A DNA stretch of 64,000 bases, from positions 1 to 64,000 of the IMG/VR virus record IMGVR_UViG_3300028299_000003, one strand, 5' to 3'. This document shows positions 1 to 9,639 of this stretch, one piece after another; within the stretch, counting starts at the first letter, position 1, and each line of letters starts with the position of its first letter. A program made the translations under genes and the position numbers. The notes beneath the pieces are model-generated. The model was not told the origin of the DNA and made no database searches. It saw only the letters and a list, made by a program, of their open reading frames with translations. The DNA comes from a virus.

Positions 1-11
1 TTATTAATAAA

Positions 12-37
12 AAAACCCACAATTTATTGTGGGTTTT
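12..37. terminator. Intrinsic terminator-like hairpin
   Basis: aaaacccacaa-ttta-ttgtgggtttt inverted repeat next to an A-tract (U-tract on the - strand), downstream of the minus-strand gene run. Confidence 0.6.
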
Positions 38-52
38 CATTTTTAATTCAAG

Positions 53-298
53 TTATAATGTTTTAACAGTTTCCCCTTCTATTTTTATCTCACCTTCAGT
101 TTTTACTTTATTTACTAAATTTTCAGCTCTTTCTAATGAATCAAACATATACGCTTCTTCTGATAGTTTACCATTTTTTAATGATACTGTTTTAGTAAAT
201 TTTAAATATTCCCAAAAAAACCAATTTCTTTTCCTTTTTATACAGAAAAATTCTTTTTCTAGCCCATTTTTATATTTTACAATTTTATATTTTTTCAT
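53..298 (-). CDS. Hypothetical protein
   Basis: ORF in a tightly packed minus-strand run, with typical composition. Confidence 0.6.
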   Translation of the reverse strand: MKKYKIVKYKNGLEKEFFCIKRKRNWFFWEYLKFTKTVSLKNGKLSEEAYMFDSLERAENLVNKVKTEGEIKIEGETVKTL

Positions 299-317
299 TT
301 ATTTTTCATTATTTTTT

Positions 318-542
318 TTATCTTTCTTCATATCCATATTCTTTCAAATATATTCTTGTTGGATATTCATTTATTGATTCACCAGTCCACATTTCTTTAT
401 ATGACCCAACTATACATATTTTTGTACCATCTGTGAATATTATATCTAAATAACCACCATCATCTGATTTGGAATGATTTCTTTGTTTGATAAAATCAAT
501 TGTTTTATCTTTTAAATCATCAAATTTCATTTTCATCATCAA
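318..542 (-). CDS. Hypothetical protein
   Basis: ORF overlapping the rpsU 3' end. Confidence 0.6.
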   Translation of the reverse strand: MMMKMKFDDLKDKTIDFIKQRNHSKSDDGGYLDIIFTDGTKICIVGSYKEMWTGESINEYPTRIYLKEYGYEER

Positions 543-714
543 ATTTTTGTTTGTAGATAGCTTTTTGTATAACTTCTCTTCTTTTTTCTGATGGTTTTTT
601 ATATTCCATTCTTTCTTTTAATTCCCTCATAATTCCACTTTTAGTAACTTTGTTTTTTAAAACTTTAAGTGCCCTATCAATAGATTTTGAGTCTTTTACT
701 GGTACTATAAACAT
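520..714 (-). CDS. rpsU: Phage-encoded 30S ribosomal protein bS21
   Basis: 64 aa; SIDRALKVLK...GIMRELKERMEYKKPSEKRR matches the bS21 signature; C-terminal KAIYK resembles Bacteroidota bS21. Confidence 0.9.
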   Translation of the reverse strand: MFIVPVKDSKSIDRALKVLKNKVTKSGIMRELKERMEYKKPSEKRREVIQKAIYKQKFDDENEI

Positions 715-715
715 A

Positions 716-1456
716 TTATTCCTCCTTGTTTTTAATTTTTATTAATCCTTTTTCTATATCTCTAACTAATGAAGCGTTTTCAAATTTTTGTTTTTTAATA
801 AGATAACATTTTAATTCATATACTTTTTCAATCGCTGTGTCAAATAATTCATTCTCCTTATCCTTCTTTTCAGTATGAAATGGTATTTCCCATTGACCAT
901 CAACACAATATTGATTTAATTTTTCATCATATGTAATATTTTTTCCATCCAATCTTATACTACCAAATTCTTTTCCGTGTAGTGACCCTTTACCAGAACG
1001 AACATAATAGAAATCGGATTCATCTGTCTCACTTATTTTTGACAAAATTTCATTTGTTTTATCATCATAAAATTTTATATCAACCATATACGCTTCTCCA
1101 CCTATTAAAGATGTCATTTTATCAAAGATAGTTGTTTTCAATTGAAATCTCAAATTTTTTATGAATTTATCAAATTTTTCAAATTCAATATTATCTAAAG
1201 TTTTTTTGTCAAAATAATATTTAGGAATAACATTATAAATATTTTCCATAATAATTTGATTACCAGATATCCATTCATTTATTAATTCTTTAGCTTTTTT
1301 ATAGTCCATAATCTTATGTAATTCATCAACATTATGTCTGAACTTTTCATTAATAGGTAAAATAAAATCAAAATATTTATTATCACGTTCTTGAACAACA
1401 ATATTTTTTATTGTGTCAATAATTTTTTGTGGGTTTATTTTTTCCATTGTTTTCAT
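716..1456 (-). CDS. Hypothetical protein with C-terminal UVR-like motif
   Basis: C-terminal KKQKFENASLVRDIEK resembles the UvrB/UvrC coiled-coil motif. Confidence 0.55.
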   Translation of the reverse strand: MKTMEKINPQKIIDTIKNIVVQERDNKYFDFILPINEKFRHNVDELHKIMDYKKAKELINEWISGNQIIMENIYNVIPKYYFDKKTLDNIEFEKFDKFIKNLRFQLKTTIFDKMTSLIGGEAYMVDIKFYDDKTNEILSKISETDESDFYYVRSGKGSLHGKEFGSIRLDGKNITYDEKLNQYCVDGQWEIPFHTEKKDKENELFDTAIEKVYELKCYLIKKQKFENASLVRDIEKGLIKIKNKEE

Positions 1457-1462
1457 AATTAT

Positions 1463-2368
1463 TTATTTATTTTTTACATTTATTCCAATATACTCATATT
1501 CTTTACCATATATTTTAAAGTTATTATCATATAAAGATATATTATTTTTATTATTTGTAGAATCAAAAATTACACGACCACCCTTAGAAATAATAAAATC
1601 CTTATTACTATTAACAAATCTTCTCAATAATTCCTTATCAGAAATACTATAGTTCTTTGGTGGTATCACAGTACCTTTTATTTTATTTACCTTAATTAAC
1701 TCTATTTTATCTCTGAATTTTTCATTAACAATTTCATATTCAAATTGATCATTTGTTATACAAACATCAGATATGGTATTCGCTGTTTTTACAAAAAATG
1801 GGATAAAACAATAAGTGTTATAATTTCCAACTATATCCGCGATATAATCATCTACTGTCTTTTGTTCATTTTCCATAATCCTATATAATGTGTGTATCAT
1901 TTTCTTATTTAGTATAAACGCGAATGCCCCGAAATTTTTATAACTTTTATAAACATATGTTTTTACCATCTTTGGTTCAGGACATCCATGAAAATGACAA
2001 CCTAAGTACATTATATCCCAGTTTTTTGGCACAACATTTGAATAATAATCAAATCTTTCTTTAAAATCAGAACAAAATATTATATCATCTTCAAATACAC
2101 ATATTCTATCATAATCATTATCAATTGCGTCTTTTAAAACCGAACGATGACTTCTCAACGCTCCCTGTGCTCCTTGATTTTGTTTACCTAGATCTGGGTG
2201 GTTTATTTTTAATTCCTCTTCTGGGATTGTCATTCCATCAATCGCTGAAAATCTATAAGATTCAATATCAAATCTTTTAAATTCATCCACCATAAGATCC
2301 CATCTATCAGTTCTCCTATCTAAATTTATACAGTAAATTTTATCAACAAAATCGTTTATATTAGTCAT
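1463..2368 (-). CDS. Glycosyltransferase family 25 with extra C-terminal domain
   Basis: YCINLDRRTDRW, FSAIDG, GALRSH and VFEDD motifs. Confidence 0.85.
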   Translation of the reverse strand: MTNINDFVDKIYCINLDRRTDRWDLMVDEFKRFDIESYRFSAIDGMTIPEEELKINHPDLGKQNQGAQGALRSHRSVLKDAIDNDYDRICVFEDDIIFCSDFKERFDYYSNVVPKNWDIMYLGCHFHGCPEPKMVKTYVYKSYKNFGAFAFILNKKMIHTLYRIMENEQKTVDDYIADIVGNYNTYCFIPFFVKTANTISDVCITNDQFEYEIVNEKFRDKIELIKVNKIKGTVIPPKNYSISDKELLRRFVNSNKDFIISKGGRVIFDSTNNKNNISLYDNNFKIYGKEYEYIGINVKNK

Positions 2369-3098
2369 TCAAATTAATTAATTTTTTATATTTATCCTTT
2401 TTCCTAATTTCTAATTCTGTCTTATATTGAAGATCTCTTTGACTATTATCAGAAATTGGGTTGTCTAAGTTGTATATATATAAAACTTCAGGGACATACA
2501 AACTATGGTATCCCGACATTTCTAACATAGGAAATTGAAACGCTAAATCCCAGGTTATTTTTAAGTAATCCCCATTATCATCTTTAAGATCATCTTCATT
2601 TATTCTTAAAAATAGTTCCCTTCTAAATGTTCTCAAGTGTGTAGCTAACCATTCTATTTCTCTAAATTTATTTTCTTTTATTTCATTTTGTGTATAACTT
2701 CTAAGATGATTTGGTTTTTTACCATTTGATTCATATGATCCATAAGTTATCCAAACACTTGAATTGTAGATATTGTTAAGATAATTAAGAACATTGTTAT
2801 TTTTTAATTTATCATCACCATCTAATGTAATGCATATTGAATTTTCTTTTGATAATACAACACCATTTCTTATATTATATAGACCATACATTCTTTTTTC
2901 ATTTCTTATTATTTTAAGATTTTTTATATTTTTATAATTATTTAAAACAAATTCATAAGATCCATCTGTTGAAATATCATCTATAAATATAATTTCAAAA
3001 TTATCATAATTTTGATTAATAGCACTTTCAATTGAATCTTTTATCCATTGAATATTATTATATGATGGTATTATTATAGTAAAATGATTATTCATCAC
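2361..3098 (-). CDS. Glycosyltransferase family 2
   Basis: IIIPSYN, IDDISTDGS and LDGDD (DxD) motifs. Confidence 0.88.
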   Translation of the reverse strand: MMNNHFTIIIPSYNNIQWIKDSIESAINQNYDNFEIIFIDDISTDGSYEFVLNNYKNIKNLKIIRNEKRMYGLYNIRNGVVLSKENSICITLDGDDKLKNNNVLNYLNNIYNSSVWITYGSYESNGKKPNHLRSYTQNEIKENKFREIEWLATHLRTFRRELFLRINEDDLKDDNGDYLKITWDLAFQFPMLEMSGYHSLYVPEVLYIYNLDNPISDNSQRDLQYKTELEIRKKDKYKKLINLND

Positions 3099-4284
3099 TT
3101 AATATTTTTTTGTACATTTCTCTTCTTTTATTATTAACAACATCCATTTCATATCTATCAACAACTTTTTCATATAGTTTTTCACCCATATCTATTATCG
3201 CTGATGGATTTTCATGAAACCATTTCATTTTCTCATACCACATATTTGGTTTTGATTCATCAATCAAAAATCCATCTACACCATCCTCAATATCAATTGT
3301 ATATGGGCCATAATTACTCGCGATTATTGGGCATTTGTATATTCCCGCTTCTATTACTTTTAGTTGACTTTTATAATAGTTAAATAAACTATTATTTTTT
3401 AATGGTGACAACACAACATCCGCTTCGTGGTACATTGTACCATATGTTAATATTGGTTTTGTCCATCTTCTTTGATAAAATTCTTGTCTGAATTCTTCAA
3501 CTATACCATAGTTTTCATCACTAAATGTATTTAGATATTGTCTATGTTGCTCGTTTTTTAACCATTTACCACCATTTGTGAAAATATGTTCAAAGAATGA
3601 CCATTGATTTGATTTTGGATCACTTTTTATTATACCCTTTGGTGTCCTAACTCTTAGGTCAAAACCACATAAATATAATTGACAATCTTCTAAAAAGTCT
3701 TTATCAAACATTTCAAATGATTTTTTCATTAACCTAAGATCAGGCATATGACTTATACCACCACCCCAAAGAAATCTTATTTTATCTGAAGGTATTTTAT
3801 TTTCAACTCTCCACTGATATTCATCCTTGTTCAACGCGTTCTCCATAACAAAAACATTTTTATTTAATTCCTCAATTCTTTTCGCGAAAAGAGGTGTTGT
3901 TGTAGTTACATAATGAGCTGATTTTATCAGCCCTTCCATCATTTGTTGAGCGTTAGATTTTTTCCATCCTGAATAATTCAAATGTGAACTACTTAATATC
4001 CAATAGTCATCTATATCCCATACTATTCTTATATTATATTTATTTACAATTTCTTCAAACGCTTTACCATATTCTGGTTTACTGAAATTAATAACCTTAT
4101 TGTAAAATACAATGTTAAAATTACTCAAATATCTTTCATCTGCTAAGTTTAATGTATGATCGCTCAACATTCTTATTTCTACATCAATATCATCATACAT
4201 CATATGACTATGTGGATTTAGTATGCGATAGTAGCCAATACCATCTACATCGGCTGTTAGAGCTAGAATTTTCGGTTTTATCAT
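3088..4284 (-). CDS. GT-B fold (family 4-like) glycosyltransferase
   Basis: GYYR..P, WDIDD, and KSQLKVIEAG..PIIAS..PY...GVDGFL motifs. Confidence 0.8.
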   Translation of the reverse strand: MIKPKILALTADVDGIGYYRILNPHSHMMYDDIDVEIRMLSDHTLNLADERYLSNFNIVFYNKVINFSKPEYGKAFEEIVNKYNIRIVWDIDDYWILSSSHLNYSGWKKSNAQQMMEGLIKSAHYVTTTTPLFAKRIEELNKNVFVMENALNKDEYQWRVENKIPSDKIRFLWGGGISHMPDLRLMKKSFEMFDKDFLEDCQLYLCGFDLRVRTPKGIIKSDPKSNQWSFFEHIFTNGGKWLKNEQHRQYLNTFSDENYGIVEEFRQEFYQRRWTKPILTYGTMYHEADVVLSPLKNNSLFNYYKSQLKVIEAGIYKCPIIASNYGPYTIDIEDGVDGFLIDESKPNMWYEKMKWFHENPSAIIDMGEKLYEKVVDRYEMDVVNNKRREMYKKILSDE

Positions 4285-4372
4285 TTAACTTAATTATTTT
4301 TTATATTTTAATTGAAAAATTCATAAAAGTTTTTTTTAATATATAACAATAGATATAAAAATTAATATATAG

Positions 4373-4729
4373 ATGAAAGATTACTTAAATTTTATGAATG
4401 AAAATATGGAAACTAGTGGTTATAACTTATACATAGAAACAGATGAATCATTGTTTGATGAGAATTGGGATATATCAATAAATATATCAGACATTTGGAA
4501 ACCATATGAGGAACAAGAAATAGATTTGAAAAAATTTGTCCATAGATATAAATTAAGAATAAACGACCATAAGAATGAAATTATAGATATGAAAGGTGCT
4601 GATTCATGGAATGAGTTAGCTGGTATATTAAATGAATTCAATGTTTTTGATAATGAATCATCCCTTCACAAGTTTGATGAGATATATGACTGGGCGGATA
4701 AAAACTCAGTAGAAATGAACTGCCGCTAA
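4373..4729 (+). CDS. Hypothetical protein; last codons supplied by the IS right end
   Basis: ORF after a TATATA motif; the reading frame enters the IS right end at 4716. Confidence 0.6.
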   Translation: MKDYLNFMNENMETSGYNLYIETDESLFDENWDISINISDIWKPYEEQEIDLKKFVHRYKLRINDHKNEIIDMKGADSWNELAGILNEFNVFDNESSLHKFDEIYDWADKNSVEMNCR

Positions 4730-5944
4730 ATTAAAGATTTAGCCAACTTCTACGCCACAAGCACAATGTAACCATTCACTTTGAGTGACGCTGGGTTGGT
4801 TCCTCAACCCGAAATTTCTTATATTTATAGCAGCATTGATGTCCCTGTCGTGTATAGAACCACATTTTTTACAGGTCCATTCTCTATCATTTAAAGTTAA
4901 ATCCTTATTGATTGTTCCACAAACATTACAAGTTTTTGATGAAGGATCAAATCTACCAATCACACTTAAATTTTTACCATACCAATCACATTTGTATTCA
5001 ACCATAGATTTAAATTCAGACCACCCCATATCTAAAATGGCTTTATTCAATTCTGATTTTGCTGATTGACCATTAGGTATATATTTTCCATTTTCGTCTT
5101 GCTTTGGCTTACATCTTTTAACCATACCAGAGACATTTAAATCTTCCATACAGATTGTATCATAATTATCAACCAAGTATCGGGAAATTTTATGTAAATA
5201 ATCCTGTCTTTGATTTCTAATGTGTTCGTGTAAAAGGGCAATAACCATTTTTTGTTTTTTGTAGTGATTGGAATCCTTTGTTTTTCTTGCTAAGGATCGC
5301 TGCTCTATCCTTAGTTCATTCATAGCAGATTTAAAGAAATCGTGGTTCTTGAATTTCATTCCATCTGAAGTTATTACAAAATCTTTTATACCTAAATCTA
5401 AACCAACTGATGTTTTAAACATTATAGGTTTCTTTTCAGGTTTTAATTCGCTAGTATCAACTAGTATAGACACATAATATTTGTTAGTAATTGATCTTGA
5501 TACGGTTATAGTTTTTATTTCACCTTTAAACTCTCTATGTAAATCTATGTCTATATATCGTAATTTGGGTAAAAAAATTTGTTTTTTATTCTCACTAAAA
5601 AATACACCTTGAGGTAATTGAAATGACTGCTTCCCATATCTGTTTTTAAATTTAGGAAAGCCAGCACCATTAAAAAAATTATGATAGGCATTATCTAAAT
5701 TGCGAGTAGCCATCTGTAATGCCTGTGATGGACTTTCTTTTAACCAAGGAGCATCTGTATTTTTTAATTCGGTTATTTGTTTATTTAAATCAAAGCAATT
5801 TATGTTTTTCTTATTGCCAGTATAGTTCATTATTTTTGTTTCTAAACCAAGGTTATAGACAAATCTAACCTGACCAAAAATCTTTGATAGGTATTCTTTT
5901 TGGTCCTGATTGGGATATATTCTATATTTATATGCTTTTAACAT
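4716..5944 (-). mobile_element. IS200/IS605-family element carrying only tnpB; right end and omega-RNA region at ~4716-4810
   Basis: On the - strand, the subterminal hairpin GCTAAAT-CTTTA-ATTTAGC followed by GGCAGTTCA is a typical right end; no tnpA or clear left-end hairpin seen. Confidence 0.7.
4739..5944 (-). CDS. tnpB: RNA-guided endonuclease TnpB
   Basis: N-terminal KAYKYRIYPN HTH; RuvC motifs GLDLG, MEDL and DRDINAAINI; CxxC..CxxC zinc finger; catalytic D-E-D intact. Confidence 0.93.
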   Translation of the reverse strand: MLKAYKYRIYPNQDQKEYLSKIFGQVRFVYNLGLETKIMNYTGNKKNINCFDLNKQITELKNTDAPWLKESPSQALQMATRNLDNAYHNFFNGAGFPKFKNRYGKQSFQLPQGVFFSENKKQIFLPKLRYIDIDLHREFKGEIKTITVSRSITNKYYVSILVDTSELKPEKKPIMFKTSVGLDLGIKDFVITSDGMKFKNHDFFKSAMNELRIEQRSLARKTKDSNHYKKQKMVIALLHEHIRNQRQDYLHKISRYLVDNYDTICMEDLNVSGMVKRCKPKQDENGKYIPNGQSAKSELNKAILDMGWSEFKSMVEYKCDWYGKNLSVIGRFDPSSKTCNVCGTINKDLTLNDREWTCKKCGSIHDRDINAAINIRNFGLRNQPSVTQSEWLHCACGVEVG

Positions 5945-6097
5945 TACTTTACACTAATTATATTTGTTTCTGTAAAGATATATATAATTAAAAAAATATG
6001 GTTTTTTCCTATTTTTAAAAAGTTTATTTTAATATATAATATAAAAGATGATGAGATTGATGATTTAATGAATTTATTAGGGAAATAAATAAAAAAT

Positions 6098-6592
6098 ATG
6101 AAACATTTAAAATTATATGAAGAATTCAATAACCCTAAAATAAAAAAGGGAGAGAGAAAAATTTTAGATTTAATTTGTAAATTATTACAGAGACAATTAG
6201 ATACTGATGATATGAATTACACAATGACTAGAGATTTTATTATGATTGACGCTGAAACCACATTAGTTATAGATAATGAATATTTTTATTTACGGTTATA
6301 TAGACAGAATAAATTTGGTATCACATCCAATATAAAATATAATTTAAATCCCAAAAAACGATTTCTTTCTGAACCATTAGAAGATGAAGAAGAAGATGAA
6401 GATGACCATGACAAGGGAAAGTGGCCTGGTTGCAGTTTATGGGAATATGATGGTGAGATAAAAAGACACTCTCAGAAACTTAATGAATTAATAAATCGTT
6501 TATGGAAGAAGAAAGTGAAGTATGATAAAAATAAAGTGGATAGGGAGAAAGAAAAAGAAGTTGATGATCTGATGAATCTTTTAGAATTATAA
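6098..6592 (+). CDS. Hypothetical protein, MKHLKLYEEF N-terminal family
   Basis: Shared N-terminal motif. Confidence 0.65.
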   Translation: MKHLKLYEEFNNPKIKKGERKILDLICKLLQRQLDTDDMNYTMTRDFIMIDAETTLVIDNEYFYLRLYRQNKFGITSNIKYNLNPKKRFLSEPLEDEEEDEDDHDKGKWPGCSLWEYDGEIKRHSQKLNELINRLWKKKVKYDKNKVDREKEKEVDDLMNLLEL

Positions 6593-6608
6593 ATTACTAT
6601 ATAAGTAT

Positions 6609-6968
6609 ATGAAACATATAAAATTATTTGAAGATTTTAACCAAGACAAACTAGATACTGGATATTATTCACCATCTGTTGGTGACACTGTTTATATTAA
6701 TTATAAAATCCCAGGTGGTAGTAATAATTATGAACCAACACCAGTTAAAATAATCGCGATAAAAGGATCTGGAAGAGAAAAAGTTTATATCGCGTCTCAT
6801 AATGTAGAGTTAAGTAAATTCAAATTCGCCCCCGATCAAAGTGTTAAAAGAACAGACATAATAGGACCATATAAAGGTGTAGAAACACCAGCTGGATATG
6901 GGTGGGTCGCGAAAAATCCAAATATAAATACTGGAGTCAATCAAGTTTCAAATGATATGGCTATTTAA
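6609..6968 (+). CDS. Hypothetical protein, MKHIKLFEDF N-terminal family
   Basis: Shared N-terminal motif; SH3-like VGDTVYI segment. Confidence 0.65.
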   Translation: MKHIKLFEDFNQDKLDTGYYSPSVGDTVYINYKIPGGSNNYEPTPVKIIAIKGSGREKVYIASHNVELSKFKFAPDQSVKRTDIIGPYKGVETPAGYGWVAKNPNINTGVNQVSNDMAI

Positions 6969-7006
6969 TTTTCAATTTTAATATATACTTTAAAATAAAT
7001 ATAATT

Positions 7007-7327
7007 ATGTTTATTAATGACTTTTCATTATTTTTAAATGAAAAATATGAATCTGGTGTTTTTGATTTTAATGGATTGAGTTTTAAATTAGATACTTTTT
7101 ACGATAATGATGAAACTTATGTTAGAATACTTTATATGGATAAACATTATGAAGATCTATCGGTAATAGTTCCGAAATCAAAAATTTTAGATACAGATGA
7201 ATTTTTCTTAAATCCAAATATAGATAAAGAAATGGTGAATGTACTAATAGATCAGGGGTTTATAGAATGTACAAATAAAAAAACTATGGCGGGTGACAAG
7301 TTGACAAAATCATATATGTTAGTATGA
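7007..7327 (+). CDS. Hypothetical protein
   Basis: ORF after a TATATA motif; N-terminal F..FLNE. Confidence 0.6.
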   Translation: MFINDFSLFLNEKYESGVFDFNGLSFKLDTFYDNDETYVRILYMDKHYEDLSVIVPKSKILDTDEFFLNPNIDKEMVNVLIDQGFIECTNKKTMAGDKLTKSYMLV

Positions 7328-7782
7328 GATTTTTAGAGAATTATAATAAGTATAGAAAGGAAAAGGATATAAGTATGATACCAACTTCATGTCACGCTAG
7401 TTTTAATTATGAATTTTTAATATCAAAAGATGAGTTATTAAAAAGTAAAGATGAATTAACAAAATATCTTTCCAATAAAGAAGAGAATGATAAATTAAAT
7501 CCGTTCAAAAGAAAATTAACTATTAATAAGTTAAATATTATGTATCTTATTGAAGATTATTATAATTTTTTTGAAAGCATGTTTCGTGATATGAAAGTTT
7601 ATCGTTATGTTGGAAAAGCCATGACAAAGGATATGATTGAATACTCAAATCAAGTAAAAGCCACAAAGTTTAAATCACTCGCAGATACTTATGGATTTGA
7701 TGGTGGAATAGTCAGATATTGGGTGTTTACAGACGCTGTGGTTTTTCAAACATCAAAAAGAAAAGAATTAAAGATAAGATGA
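7324..7782 (+). CDS. Hypothetical protein
   Basis: ATGA-coupled to the upstream gene. Confidence 0.6.
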   Translation: MRFLENYNKYRKEKDISMIPTSCHASFNYEFLISKDELLKSKDELTKYLSNKEENDKLNPFKRKLTINKLNIMYLIEDYYNFFESMFRDMKVYRYVGKAMTKDMIEYSNQVKATKFKSLADTYGFDGGIVRYWVFTDAVVFQTSKRKELKIR

Positions 7783-8654
7783 AAAAGATTTTTACATATT
7801 CATTAGTTTTCATATTGTTATTTTTAGTATCTTGTTGTAGTACAAAGAATCGTCAATATGAAAAATCGGAATCAGTTATTATATCTGATACAGTTATTAT
7901 GATTCAGAAAAGACAAAGAACAGAGGATTCAATTAGATTTGAAGAAATGAAAAGAGAAGAATCATCTAGAGAAGAAAAAGAAAGACAAACACTTTCAAGA
8001 ACAGAGACCGCTGCACCTGTTTTATCAAGCCCACCAAGAGCAACACCAGTTGAGAGTGTACCAGAAAAATCTTTACCATCAACCCCACCAGCTGCTGGTG
8101 AATTAGAGATTATGATGGATAATGGTCTTATGTATGGTGATATAACATATAAAGAAGTTGACACAATGGTTGTTGGTAGAACAGATGTTTTAGAATTGAC
8201 AATATCTTATGATATACCAATTAGTAGAATTGTTGAAGAGGTTCATACATTTATAAGTGAAGGTGAATTGGTCTCAGAACCAATAAGAATCGCCCCAAAA
8301 ATGTTAGTAACATTGATTGATCCAACAAATGGTGTAAATTTTACTATAATACCAATATCACCAGAAGAACAATTAATTGAGGTTAATGATATAACAAAAT
8401 GGAATTGGAATGTTACTCCACTAACAAAAGGTAATAATAAATTAGTATTATCTGTTAATATAGTATTGGAAAATGGAATAAAAAATATCCAAGTATATGA
8501 GGATTATATTTATGTGTATTCAGATGAGTCTATTTTTGAGAGATTCTGGAATTGGTTTATAGATAACTGGGAACCATTTTTATCACTATTCATTATTCCA
8601 TTAGTTATTTGGGGTTATAATAGATTTATAAAAAAGAAGAAGGATGATGATTAA
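7779..8654 (+). CDS. Predicted lipoprotein with Pro-rich linker and C-terminal membrane helix
   Basis: Likely start at 7779: MKKIFTYSLVFILLFLVS-C lipobox; C-terminal hydrophobic FLSLFIIPLVIWGY followed by KKKK. Confidence 0.65.
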   Translation: MKKIFTYSLVFILLFLVSCCSTKNRQYEKSESVIISDTVIMIQKRQRTEDSIRFEEMKREESSREEKERQTLSRTETAAPVLSSPPRATPVESVPEKSLPSTPPAAGELEIMMDNGLMYGDITYKEVDTMVVGRTDVLELTISYDIPISRIVEEVHTFISEGELVSEPIRIAPKMLVTLIDPTNGVNFTIIPISPEEQLIEVNDITKWNWNVTPLTKGNNKLVLSVNIVLENGIKNIQVYEDYIYVYSDESIFERFWNWFIDNWEPFLSLFIIPLVIWGYNRFIKKKKDDD

Positions 8655-9021
8655 GGAGTTTAATGAATTTTTAATGGAGAGTGTTGGGGATGATATAAAA
8701 TCATTTGGTAGAAAGATATATAACACAACAAAGATTAATGCCGCTTATATTATGACTGGATATAAGAAAGAGTTTATGGATTTGGTGAATGATATAAATT
8801 CGTATAGTAAAGGTGAAATAACAAAAAAAGAATTAACTCATCAATTTGTTAGTTTTCTAAAACTTTTAGGAATAACTAGTACAGTTGTAATTCATTCGTT
8901 TTTAACTATCGCGATAATTATAGCGTTTAAACGATGGGGTCTGACAAAATTTCTACCTGATGCGTTCCAAGATGAGGATAAAAAGATAGATGAGAAGATA
9001 GAATCAATATTAAAAAATTAA
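8644..9021 (+). CDS. Hypothetical membrane-associated protein
   Basis: IKEFNEFLMES N-terminus; hydrophobic segment. Confidence 0.6.
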   Translation: MMIKEFNEFLMESVGDDIKSFGRKIYNTTKINAAYIMTGYKKEFMDLVNDINSYSKGEITKKELTHQFVSFLKLLGITSTVVIHSFLTIAIIIAFKRWGLTKFLPDAFQDEDKKIDEKIESILKN

Positions 9022-9032
9022 TATATAACTCT

Positions 9033-9626
9033 ATGGATCTTAGTAATAAAAAATATTTCTTTGACCAATACAATGATGTGTGGTATATGATTCCTTATGA
9101 TAAAAGAGGAGAGTGGATTAAATTAAGGGATGAAAATAGTGAAGAAATTTCTAGTTATGATGAATATATTTTAGATATTGATATTGATCAGTATAGTTTT
9201 GAAAATCCAGAACCAATAACTCTCCCAGAAAAAATTGAAGAAAAAATGATAGAAAAAATTAGAAATTTTGATGATTTTTTAAATGAATCAAAATCCATTT
9301 ATGGTGGTACAGAAATTACAGATAAAAATATTCCAAACCTTCAAGAAGAGTGGGAAGAAAACGAAGAAAACAATTCTGGAAAATATTTTATTATAACATT
9401 CGCTGATAATTCGGGTGATGAGATACATTTCTGGCTTATGGATATACATCATTATGAATATGTACATAACACTATTGAACAGGGTGGATGTGAAGAAGAA
9501 GAATTTATGGAATTTGTTGATAACAACGCATTGGATCAAAAAATGGTCCAAACATACACTGAAATTGATTGGTTCGGTAATTATGATATAGAAAAGGTTG
9601 TGTATATACCAGAATTTGGAATGTAA
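9033..9626 (+). CDS. Hypothetical acidic protein
   Basis: Internal IRNFDDFLNES motif. Confidence 0.6.
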   Translation: MDLSNKKYFFDQYNDVWYMIPYDKRGEWIKLRDENSEEISSYDEYILDIDIDQYSFENPEPITLPEKIEEKMIEKIRNFDDFLNESKSIYGGTEITDKNIPNLQEEWEENEENNSGKYFIITFADNSGDEIHFWLMDIHHYEYVHNTIEQGGCEEEEFMEFVDNNALDQKMVQTYTEIDWFGNYDIEKVVYIPEFGM

Positions 9627-9639
9627 AAAAATTTGATTT

